Positions 30,761 through 39,468 of a stretch of 64,000 nucleotides of DNA are shown piece by piece. The notes beneath the pieces were generated by a model. The model was not told where the DNA came from and did not search any database. It saw nothing but the letters and a program-made list of their open reading frames with translations. The number at the start of each line of letters is the position of its first letter. The stretch's first letter is position 1. This stretch comes from a candidate division WOR-3 bacterium. Its GTDB lineage: Bacteria; Hydrothermota; 32-111. The stretch spans positions 160,001 through 224,000 of the forward strand of contig JBDRZU010000002.1 of assembly GCA_039804105.1 (NCBI GenBank). Reading direction: 5' to 3'. The position numbers were made by a program, and so were the translations under genes.

Positions 30761-31114
30761 TTAAGATTTCGAAAGTTTTCTGTCCATCTCTCTTAACCTT
30801 CTGACAAGGGTTGTTATCAAAGCACCAAGGAGTGGATCCTCTTCAATCTGTTTTAGAAGCGATTTTCTATCAATAATGATAACAGTTGAATCCTCTAAAG
30901 CAGCAGCAGATGCAGATCTTGGCCTTCCGTCTATGATAGCCATTTCACCGAGAAATTCACCTTCGGTTACTATATTTAATCTCTTTTTACTTTCTCCTTC
31001 GTTTACAAAAATTTCAATTTTTCCACTTTTTACAAGGTAAACTTCATCCGGAGGATCCCCCTGTTTGAATAACAGTTCCCCTTTCAGAAAAGTTTTTTCA
31101 AATTTTTCTAAAAT
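30761..31114 (-). CDS. Stand-alone cyclic-nucleotide-binding domain protein (about 117 aa, putative ATT start)
   Basis: The frame is open upstream of the track's 30943 start: ILEKFEKTFLKGELLFKQGDPPDEVYLVKSGKIEI...FLGEMAIIDGRPRSASA. No ATG/GTG/TTG precedes the domain. Confidence 0.85.
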   Translation of the reverse strand: MLEKFEKTFLKGELLFKQGDPPDEVYLVKSGKIEIFVNEGESKKRLNIVTEGEFLGEMAIIDGRPRSASAAALEDSTVIIIDRKSLLKQIEEDPLLGALITTLVRRLREMDRKLSKS

Positions 31115-31117
31115 ATT

Positions 31118-32428
31118 TTACCCCCTTTTTTTCGAAGGTTTCTTTATCTCCCAATCAAGAACAATAGGAGCAACTATAAAATCTGAAGAATATGTTCCAA
31201 CCATTATTCCAATGAGTAAAGTAAAAGCAAAATCATTTAAAACTTTTCCTCCAAAAATAAAAAGCATAAAAACAACAAAAAGTGTAGTCAAAGATGTTAT
31301 CAATGTTCTACCAAGTGTTTGATTCAATGATTTGTTCACTATAGTTAAAAAATTATCTTTTCTCATAAGTTTTAAATTTTCTCTTATTCTGTCCGAAACA
31401 ATTATTGAATCGTTGATCGAGTATCCTATCAATGTTAAAAGTGCAGCTATTATTTGGACTGACATCTCTCTTCCAGTTATCGTTAAAAGACCAAGGGTTA
31501 TTGTAACATCATGGAAAAGTGCTATCACCGATGCGACTCCAAATCTGAAAGTAAATCTAATCCACACATAAACCATTATTCCAAGAAGTCCAAGTAAAAC
31601 AACCCATAATGACTTTAACTGTAACTCTTTTGACATTATCGCTCCAACAACTTCCTCCCTATCAACTCTTGGATTTTCCTGTGCAAATTTTTCTTTCAAC
31701 GAGTTTATTATTTTTTCTGTTGGTGAAAGTTCAACTCCTTTACTGGAAACCTTAAAAAGTGTATCCTGCCAATCTGAAACGACTTGAACATTCTTTAAAT
31801 TTGCATTTTTCGAACAAACAAAAATTTGTATCTCTTTTTCAATTCCTTTATTGTTTGTCCTGTCAACACCAAAAGCATAAAGTGTAACCAAAGAATCCTT
31901 CTTTAAATCATCTACGGAAAAGTTTAGAATACCCACTTCTTCTCTTGAATCGTAAATATCCGATGGAGTAAGTTCTTTTATTTCTTTAAAAATATCAGAT
32001 CTCACAAAAATATTTTTTATTTGAGATTTTTCATCATAAACTTTTATTTTTACGGTTACATTTTTTTCACCCAAAGTCGGATTGGGATAAGTTGAAAAAC
32101 CAACGACAACAGGACCGGTTGTATCCTGAACTTTCTCATAATTTTCTTGAACTTTTATCAAAAAATCATTTTCAGATCCATATTTTTGTATAACAGCATT
32201 TTTATACCCCAGAGAGTTCATAACCTCTCTTAATTGATCAATCTTAACCTCTTTATCAAAATGAACCTGTAAAACCATTCCACCTGTAAAATCAATCCCA
32301 AGGTTTAATCCTTTATTAAAAATTATCGTAAGTAAACTTCCGATTACAAGCACCAGTGAGATTATGTATGTTATTTTTCGTATTCCAACAAAATTTATCT
32401 CTGGAAGATTTATCTTCTTAAAATTCAT
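31118..32428 (-). CDS. secF: Protein translocase subunit SecF with a periplasmic insertion
   Basis: GLNLGIDFTGG, ALFHDV, IGYSINDSIIVSDRIRE, RTLITSLTT, GTYSS. Confidence 0.96.
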   Translation of the reverse strand: MNFKKINLPEINFVGIRKITYIISLVLVIGSLLTIIFNKGLNLGIDFTGGMVLQVHFDKEVKIDQLREVMNSLGYKNAVIQKYGSENDFLIKVQENYEKVQDTTGPVVVGFSTYPNPTLGEKNVTVKIKVYDEKSQIKNIFVRSDIFKEIKELTPSDIYDSREEVGILNFSVDDLKKDSLVTLYAFGVDRTNNKGIEKEIQIFVCSKNANLKNVQVVSDWQDTLFKVSSKGVELSPTEKIINSLKEKFAQENPRVDREEVVGAIMSKELQLKSLWVVLLGLLGIMVYVWIRFTFRFGVASVIALFHDVTITLGLLTITGREMSVQIIAALLTLIGYSINDSIIVSDRIRENLKLMRKDNFLTIVNKSLNQTLGRTLITSLTTLFVVFMLFIFGGKVLNDFAFTLLIGIMVGTYSSDFIVAPIVLDWEIKKPSKKRG

Positions 32429-32436
32429 CTTTCCTC

Positions 32437-33969
32437 CTATATGGACAATTTTTTAAAGTTTGGATTGGAAGTGATTATATCAAAAATGACTCTTGTAACG
32501 AATATCGCTGAGAAGAAACTTATAACAAGACCAAGTCCAAAAGTGACAGCAAAACCTTTTATAGGACCGGTTCCAAACCAATAAAGTATGATTGCAGTCA
32601 CAAGTGATGTGAGGTTTGCGTCAAAAATCGTTGAAAATGCTTTTGAATAACCTGCTGAAATTGCTGTTTTAATGGTCTTTCCTGATGATAGTTCCTCTCT
32701 TATTCTTTCAAATATCAAAACATTTGCATCTATTGCTGTTCCAACAAGAAGTATCAAACCAGCCATCCCTGGAAGAGTAAGAGTTGCTCTGAATAAAGAT
32801 AAAACGGCAAGAAGGATTATAAGATTTAAAATCATAGCAAAATCGGCTATCATTCCAGACAGACCATAATATATCGCCATGAAAATGAATACAACAATGA
32901 CACCATATATAAGAGATCTTATTCCTTTTCTTATTGAATCTCCACCGAGTGTTGGTCCCACTGATCTTTCCTCAATTATTCTAACTGGAGCAGGTAAAGC
33001 ACCAGCTTTCAAAATAACCGCAAGATCTTTTGCATCGTTTATTGTTGCATTTCCCATTGAGATTTCCGTATTTCCTGAAGGTATCCTTTCCCTCACAACT
33101 GGTGCTGAAACTATCACACTATCAAGTGAAAAAGCGATCCTTCTTCCAATGTTTGATCCAGTTATTGAAGCCCATTTGTTTTTGGCATTTTTATTCATAG
33201 TTAACTCAACTTTTACTCCATATGGATTATCACTCGTTCCTATTGCAGCTCTTGCATCAAGAATAGCATCACCTTTTAAAACAGGATTCTTTTCAACAAG
33301 GTAAAGTATCGTCTGGTTCACTCCATCCTTGTTTTTTTCCTTCCCCCACATAAAAACATAATCCGAAGGAATCAAATTTTTTATTTCTTCTTTTGAAAGG
33401 ATGTTTTTTACAAGCGATATATTTTCAGGATATACAATAAAGTCGACTCCATTGTTATCAACAAGAGTTGATATTAGCACCGTATCCTTCATCTCTTCAA
33501 GTTTTTTATCTATATTTTCAAAAACTTTTTGAACAACAGCATTTTCAGCAACTATTCTAAACTCAAGTTGTGCTGTTTTTCCAATAAGATTTTTTGCCCT
33601 CTCTCTATCGACGACTCCAGGTAACTGTATACTTATTCTGTCGTTTCCCTGTTTTTCAACAAGTGGCTCAGTTACACCAAACTGATCAATCCTGTTTTTT
33701 AAAATTTCAAGTGCTCTATCAACAGCACCGTCAGATTCCTCTTTACTTAAAGAGGTCTTATCAACTTCAAGAATAAGGTTCATTCCACCTTGAAGATCAA
33801 GTCCAAGATGGAGTGATCTATTTCTTAAACTATTTATCTGTTCATAGGTCATGTTGATTTTATCTTTATCAGATAATGTATAGTAGCGAAATGTATAGTA
33901 GAGTTGATATAAAGAAAGAACTAAAATCACTACAACAATTAAAATTCTCCATCTAAGATCAAGTTTCAT
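32437..33969 (-). CDS. secD: Protein translocase subunit SecD
   Basis: LGLDLQGG, RIDQFGVTEP, AGALPAP, VGPTLG, DANVLIFERIREE, GTGPIKGFA. ATG at 33969 follows AGGAGG. Confidence 0.97.
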   Translation of the reverse strand: MKLDLRWRILIVVVILVLSLYQLYYTFRYYTLSDKDKINMTYEQINSLRNRSLHLGLDLQGGMNLILEVDKTSLSKEESDGAVDRALEILKNRIDQFGVTEPLVEKQGNDRISIQLPGVVDRERAKNLIGKTAQLEFRIVAENAVVQKVFENIDKKLEEMKDTVLISTLVDNNGVDFIVYPENISLVKNILSKEEIKNLIPSDYVFMWGKEKNKDGVNQTILYLVEKNPVLKGDAILDARAAIGTSDNPYGVKVELTMNKNAKNKWASITGSNIGRRIAFSLDSVIVSAPVVRERIPSGNTEISMGNATINDAKDLAVILKAGALPAPVRIIEERSVGPTLGGDSIRKGIRSLIYGVIVVFIFMAIYYGLSGMIADFAMILNLIILLAVLSLFRATLTLPGMAGLILLVGTAIDANVLIFERIREELSSGKTIKTAISAGYSKAFSTIFDANLTSLVTAIILYWFGTGPIKGFAVTFGLGLVISFFSAIFVTRVIFDIITSNPNFKKLSI

Positions 33970-34054
33970 CAATCCTCCTTATAAATAAAATTTATTTACT
34001 CAATTTTAAAGGTTATCATATTTTAAAGATTTAGTCAATATTTGGAGTATTAAT

Positions 34055-35263
34055 TCAAAATCTAAAACTCTCAATATTTATATATTTGCTTCCCCATGTA
34101 TACGATAAACTCACTTCCAGAAAAAAAGCATAATCGGTTGCTCTCTCCTTTTGAAGAAGAAGCAGATCTTCATCTGTATATCCAGCTTTCTGAATGTTTC
34201 TTTTGTCTCTTGGGACAACAAAATCTCCATACAGATTAACAGAAAAACCTTTAAAAAAATATAATTTCATTCTTCCTTCAAGAGAGAGAGAATATTGATC
34301 AAAATACTGGATATAGTTAGATCCTAAAAGAGATAGAGAAATATTACCTTTTGGAAATAAAACATTATAAGACAATTTTATAATGTTTCGATGCAAAATC
34401 TCTCTTATCCTATCATAAACTGTAGTATCATAGTATATAATGAAGGATGGTTTAAATTCATAGGAAATTTTTAACAATCTCGTGTTTCCTTCAACATATG
34501 GAAATAAACTGTATTCTATTCCAATCGAAAGATCATTTTTCAATTTATAGTTTGAAAAAATTGAATTGTATCCATCAAGTTTCACTCTACTTGATATTCT
34601 ATCATTTATCGCTTGAATATATTCAACTTCTGAGAAAATATTTCTATTAAAACTTGTTAAAATTCTATTTGAATCAAGGTAAAAATATTTTTTGTTCACA
34701 GAAAAAGATATATCAAGTTTTATCTGATCATCATTTATAAATCTGTTTCCACCGAGTTTAACTTTTAAAAGATTATTCTTATATTGATTTTCAGAATAGA
34801 GTTCAGTCAACCCTTCAAGATTAAAATTCCACCCATATACTTTTTTCTCTTCAACAATTTTTTCCGTCTCAGTTATTGAAACTTTTTCCAAATAATCCTG
34901 TTCAAAAAAATTCCCCAATAACATTACTATAAAACTTTTATAGAGATTCTGGTAAATATCGTATTCAGAAATATTTTTGTCGAAAAAAAGTTTAATAGTA
35001 TCTGAAAGATTTTTATATTTGTTTTGTCCATACGAGAAAAGAGTAAACGAAATATTGGTTTCATTAACATCTCTTTTTAATACAAAAAAGACATCTGACT
35101 CTTCTTTTATATTTGAAAATTCAAAATTTTTAACTTTTGTCATCAGAAAACTTTTTAAATTTTGATCCTCACAATCAAGAAAAATTGTTAAACTCAATAA
35201 ATATGAGTGAAAAGTTAAAAAGAAAAATGAAACAAAAAAAATTTTTTTCATAATATTCATCAA
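34055..35263 (-). CDS. Putative outer-membrane beta-barrel protein
   Basis: Signal peptide, alternating aromatic-rich strands, terminal Phe (ESFRF). Confidence 0.55.
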   Translation of the reverse strand: MMNIMKKIFFVSFFFLTFHSYLLSLTIFLDCEDQNLKSFLMTKVKNFEFSNIKEESDVFFVLKRDVNETNISFTLFSYGQNKYKNLSDTIKLFFDKNISEYDIYQNLYKSFIVMLLGNFFEQDYLEKVSITETEKIVEEKKVYGWNFNLEGLTELYSENQYKNNLLKVKLGGNRFINDDQIKLDISFSVNKKYFYLDSNRILTSFNRNIFSEVEYIQAINDRISSRVKLDGYNSIFSNYKLKNDLSIGIEYSLFPYVEGNTRLLKISYEFKPSFIIYYDTTVYDRIREILHRNIIKLSYNVLFPKGNISLSLLGSNYIQYFDQYSLSLEGRMKLYFFKGFSVNLYGDFVVPRDKRNIQKAGYTDEDLLLLQKERATDYAFFLEVSLSYTWGSKYINIESFRF

Positions 35264-35270
35264 TTTTTTG

Positions 35271-35298
35271 ATTATATAAAAAAATTTCTTAAATTCAA
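35271..35298 (-). promoter_or_regulatory. Putative leaderless promoter
   Basis: TTGAAT-16 bp-TATAAT-7 nt-TTG ATG, with no SD. Confidence 0.55.
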
Positions 35299-35300
35299 TG

Positions 35301-35328
35301 TTTACATTACATTAAACTCTTATATAAT
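35301..35328 (+). promoter_or_regulatory. Putative leaderless promoter of the DUF711 gene
   Basis: TTTACA-16 bp-TATAAT-6 nt-ATG, with no SD. Confidence 0.55.
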
Positions 35329-35334
35329 AGATTT

Positions 35335-36444
35335 ATGAAGATCAGAAGTATTACACTTTTTTATAATTTTAAAGAATTTAAAATTAAAAAGAATCTCATC
35401 GAAAAAATTGAAAATATCAAGAAGATTTACAATGATGCAATAAGAAAGAATTTTACCGTTCAAACCCTAAGATTATCTACAAACATTGCTTCTTTAAATA
35501 CAGATTTTCTTACAAAAATTTCAATAGTAAGAGATCTCCAAGAGATCTTGAAAGAACAGAAAATTGAATTTTTCAATGTAGGAAAAGTAAACACTTTGGA
35601 AATAAATAAAACCATGAAACTTTTTGAAAAATTTAATGTTTCCGCTTTTTTTGAAATCTGTACTGGATCTTTTGATGAAAAATCTGTTATCAAAGGAGCA
35701 AAATTAATAAAAGAACTGTCATACATAAGCCCTTTGAAAAATTTCAATTTTGGAATTTCATTCAATATCATATCTGGAACACCTTTCTTTCCATCATCAT
35801 TTTCAATAAAGGATGGGTTTTCGATTGGATTTGAAAATGGTGATATCTTACAAAATATTTTTAAAAATGTGAAAAATTTTTCAGAACTTGAAAATACAAT
35901 TGAAAAAAGTTTATATCAAGAATATAAAATTTTTGAAAATTTCTTTGAAAAGGAAGCAAAAAAAAGAAATCTTGAGTTTTTAGGTTTGGATTTATCTTTT
36001 GCTCCCGGGATAAAAAAGAGTGAATCGGTTTATGAAGCGTTTTACATTTTGAAAAGAAATATTAAAAGAAAAAATATAAACGATATCTCAATAGCGGGTG
36101 CTATCACTACCACTTTGAAAAATTTAAAAATTAAAAAAACTGGATACTGTGGGCTAATGCTCCCCTTATCTGAAGATTACAGGTTATCAAAAATGAGTTT
36201 TGATAACAACATAAGAATAAAAGATCTTTTACTTTTATCATCTGTTTGTGGCTGTGGAATTGATACTGTTCCAATAAGTACCGATTCAAAAAACGAATTC
36301 ATTGAATCATTAATTATCGATTCCTATACAATATCAAGAAAGTGGAAAAAGCCATTACAACTAAGGATTTTACCAGTTCATAACCAAGAAATAGTCAAAT
36401 TTAATTCAAAATATTTACTAAAAACAAAATTTTTGGAGTATTAA
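35335..36444 (+). CDS. DUF711 (UPF0210) family protein
   Basis: MKIRSIT, VQTLRLST, TPFFP, GLDLSFAP, GYCGLMLPLSED, SSVCGCGIDTVP. Confidence 0.85.
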   Translation: MKIRSITLFYNFKEFKIKKNLIEKIENIKKIYNDAIRKNFTVQTLRLSTNIASLNTDFLTKISIVRDLQEILKEQKIEFFNVGKVNTLEINKTMKLFEKFNVSAFFEICTGSFDEKSVIKGAKLIKELSYISPLKNFNFGISFNIISGTPFFPSSFSIKDGFSIGFENGDILQNIFKNVKNFSELENTIEKSLYQEYKIFENFFEKEAKKRNLEFLGLDLSFAPGIKKSESVYEAFYILKRNIKRKNINDISIAGAITTTLKNLKIKKTGYCGLMLPLSEDYRLSKMSFDNNIRIKDLLLLSSVCGCGIDTVPISTDSKNEFIESLIIDSYTISRKWKKPLQLRILPVHNQEIVKFNSKYLLKTKFLEY

Positions 36445-37547
36445 AATTTTGTTCCAATTTGAAAAAGGAAAATTGTTGGAATTTTATAGAATTCTTCTTT
36501 TGAATCTCCATAAGTTCCAACAACCGAAAACGAGGTTATCAGATTATTAACAGGAATATAGGAAATATTAAAAATTGATATTAGAGAAAGATCATCAAGG
36601 TTGAATATCGAGTTTATAGAAAAATTTAACCTATCATTAAGGTTCAAAAGAGAAGTCAAAAACATATAGTATCTACCCAAAAGAAAATCCCCATTCAGGT
36701 ATTTATTTATTATGTTTATATCACTGTATGGGGCTTTGGGTGCTTTAAAGTTCGTATAAAATTCCTGACAGAGATAAAGTTTTTCAAAAAAAGTATAGTC
36801 CCAACCAAGAAGAAGATTCAAACCAAAATCATCATTCAATTTTAAAATGGTTATTTCATCATAAAAAGCGGGGCCAAAATATTCTGATAATAGTGATATA
36901 CCAACAAGATAATTCTCAGTAGAATCTATCGAAAGAAGATTTTTTCTAACCTGAGAATATCTTGAGAAAAAAAACCGTGAATTTAAATAATCGTTTAAAT
37001 ATTCCAAAAAGAGGCCTTCTTTGGAAGAGAAAAAGTCATTGTTATCCTGATATATCAATGTAGAAGTGAAATTATTTTTTGAGTAAGAAAAAAGAATGTT
37101 TGATGGAAACTCTTTCAAAGATAGCATATCAAATGGAGAATTGAAGTAGAATATATCAACTGGTGAGTATATCTCAGAAAAACTCCATTTAACAGGGAAT
37201 TTTCCTATTTTCACATTAATTCCATTTTTATACAGGGATAAGTAAAGTTGTGTAAACCTATATTGATTTGAAAGGTACATATACTTAGGCATTATACCTA
37301 TCATTGAAAAATCTATATCAGGATATGGGATCTCATATTTTGCATCACCCTGATATATCCTTGCATCGAATTGCGCAAAAAATTTTAAAATTTCATTCGA
37401 GTTTTCAAGATCCAAAACAAGATCATGTGAAGAAAAGTAATTTATTTTATAGAAATAAAAATAACTGTAATTATAGTTGAAAGATAGGTTAAAAGAGTTT
37501 AACAGAAGAAAACTAAAAAAATATATAAAAAACAGAAATTTTTTCAT
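36441..37547 (-). CDS. Putative outer-membrane protein of the Lol-like ABC export operon
   Basis: Signal peptide, KIGKFPVKW...SPVDIF, beta-rich, terminal Phe; operon context. Confidence 0.6.
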   Translation of the reverse strand: MKKFLFFIYFFSFLLLNSFNLSFNYNYSYFYFYKINYFSSHDLVLDLENSNEILKFFAQFDARIYQGDAKYEIPYPDIDFSMIGIMPKYMYLSNQYRFTQLYLSLYKNGINVKIGKFPVKWSFSEIYSPVDIFYFNSPFDMLSLKEFPSNILFSYSKNNFTSTLIYQDNNDFFSSKEGLFLEYLNDYLNSRFFFSRYSQVRKNLLSIDSTENYLVGISLLSEYFGPAFYDEITILKLNDDFGLNLLLGWDYTFFEKLYLCQEFYTNFKAPKAPYSDINIINKYLNGDFLLGRYYMFLTSLLNLNDRLNFSINSIFNLDDLSLISIFNISYIPVNNLITSFSVVGTYGDSKEEFYKIPTIFLFQIGTKF

Positions 37548-38263
37548 CTTTCAAGATATGATTTTGTGAAATAATTTTCGGGAAGTTTATCTTTTATACT
37601 TATATCCGTATACTCAATCGTGGTAATATTCTTTTTCTGTAAAAGATCTTTCATAACAACTTTTTTAGGGAAGTATATATCTTTTATTTTTTCATACTCT
37701 TCAATATAAAATTCTTTCAACAACCTGTTTGATGACGAATAGATCTCTTCTTTATAAGGGAGATAAACATCTTTCCTCACATAACTCTTTTTGTATTTAT
37801 AGGGTGCATCATTCACTTTTGCTTTCATTTCAAGTATATAAAATTTTTCATCCTCAACGAGTGATATATCATAAATATCTTTTAACCTCCTCCTTTCTGA
37901 AATATCCTCATAGGAAAAGGAACTTCCCATGAAACCTTCTTTAAGCATATGTCCCTTTATCAAAACGGACCTACCAGCTGAAGGTAAATAAAGCCACATC
38001 GAATTATCCTTTTTTAAAAATCTGCTCCTATTGCCGTCAGTTGAAGTAAGAACTTCAACATAAACGTTTTTTTCATCCTTTATATAGAGTAAAAGATCCA
38101 TTTCTCTCGTGTTATCACTCTCTTCTATTTTCATTTTCGCTCTGTAAACAACATTTTTTACACTCAAATTCTTTTCAACTTTATCAATTATGCTTTCAAG
38201 AGTTTCGCCAAACACTAGGATTGTCAGAATCAGTGATAAAAACAAAAAAACTTTTTTTAACAT
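37544..38263 (-). CDS. Outer membrane lipoprotein-sorting protein (LolA-like)
   Basis: FLKKDNSMWLYLPS, FMGSSFSYED, LPENYFTKSYLER. Confidence 0.88.
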   Translation of the reverse strand: MLKKVFLFLSLILTILVFGETLESIIDKVEKNLSVKNVVYRAKMKIEESDNTREMDLLLYIKDEKNVYVEVLTSTDGNRSRFLKKDNSMWLYLPSAGRSVLIKGHMLKEGFMGSSFSYEDISERRRLKDIYDISLVEDEKFYILEMKAKVNDAPYKYKKSYVRKDVYLPYKEEIYSSSNRLLKEFYIEEYEKIKDIYFPKKVVMKDLLQKKNITTIEYTDISIKDKLPENYFTKSYLER

Positions 38264-38265
38264 TT

Positions 38266-39468
38266 TTACTCCCTCAATATTTCGACAGGATTAACACTTT
38301 TGACTCTTTTTACAAGGAAAAGTGATGATAAAGAAGATGTCAAAATTCCAAGAACAAAACCTATCAAAACGTTCATAAAAGATAAGGAAGGATATATAAC
38401 TGGGACTATCGGTATCTGAATATCTTTTAAAGCAGCAGAATAATCGAATCCAATTTTTGAAAAAATAAACGTTATACTTGATCCAAGAATAACTCCCATT
38501 AAAGTCCCGATGATTCCGATAATCGTTGTTTCAAAAAAGAATATCAAAAATATTTTTCCAGATTTCAAACCAAGAGATTTCATCATTCCTATTTCCTTTT
38601 TCCTTTCATATAAAGCCATGACCATCGTATTTATTATTGCGATGGAAGCGAGAAAGAAAATTATCAAAAAAACTATACCCATAACCGAAAAAGAAACCTT
38701 TAACATACTTAAAAGTGTTTCACCTTCCTGCCAGTTTGAAAGAAAATAATCATCAGATAAAAAGTTTTTTATCTCTTTTGAAACTTTTAAAGAAGAACCT
38801 AAATCTTTGCAGTATATTAAAAGTTCTATCGCTTTTGTAGAATCCATAGCAAGCAGCCTTTGAGCATCATTTATATGAAGAAATACTATATTCGATGCGA
38901 TATATTCAATATCCGTCTCATAAAAATCTTTTACAAGCAAAGAGATTCCATTAAGATAACCGTAAACTGTCTGAGTTATCAAAACAAGTGTATCATTCTT
39001 GTTTATGTTAAATTTATCAGCAAATTTTTTAGAAATTAGAATTTCTCCCCTATTTAAAGATTTACCCTTAAGTAAAACAAAATCTTTTTCCCTTTCAGGA
39101 AGGATAGAAAAACCGATAACTCCATCAGCTTCGTTATCACCTTTTGCGATCAATGTTCCAAATTTTATCCTTGGTCTTATAAGCTTTACATTTTTTATTC
39201 CTGATATTTTGTTTTCAAGTTCAATGTAGTTTAAAGTATAATTTATCGGCATCATTCTTTCTTTCTCTTTATATTCTTTTTTGACAATCTTTATATGCCC
39301 TGTCTCCATATCTGATATGTTTTGAATTATAGGAACGAATTCACCATCTATAAAAGATTTTCCAAATATTGTCGCTGCAACTGCAATTGTAATACCCAAC
39401 GATGTTAAAAAAGTTCTTCTATGATTTCTAAAAATATTTTTGAAGGCAATCTTTAAAATAAAATTCAT
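38266..39468 (-). CDS. ABC transporter permease (FtsX/LolE-like)
   Basis: IAFKNIFRNHRRT, NTMVMALYERKKEIGMMKSLG. Confidence 0.92.
   Translation of the reverse strand: MNFILKIAFKNIFRNHRRTFLTSLGITIAVAATIFGKSFIDGEFVPIIQNISDMETGHIKIVKKEYKEKERMMPINYTLNYIELENKISGIKNVKLIRPRIKFGTLIAKGDNEADGVIGFSILPEREKDFVLLKGKSLNRGEILISKKFADKFNINKNDTLVLITQTVYGYLNGISLLVKDFYETDIEYIASNIVFLHINDAQRLLAMDSTKAIELLIYCKDLGSSLKVSKEIKNFLSDDYFLSNWQEGETLLSMLKVSFSVMGIVFLIIFFLASIAIINTMVMALYERKKEIGMMKSLGLKSGKIFLIFFFETTIIGIIGTLMGVILGSSITFIFSKIGFDYSAALKDIQIPIVPVIYPSLSFMNVLIGFVLGILTSSLSSLFLVKRVKSVNPVEILRE

Noticed and set aside
28223..31114. cNMP-binding protein plus PLD as a CBASS/Pycsar-like defence cassette
   Set aside because: The PLD has a signal peptide and CTD, so it is exported. 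No cyclase is adjacent (the nearest is 23 kb away) and the context is housekeeping.
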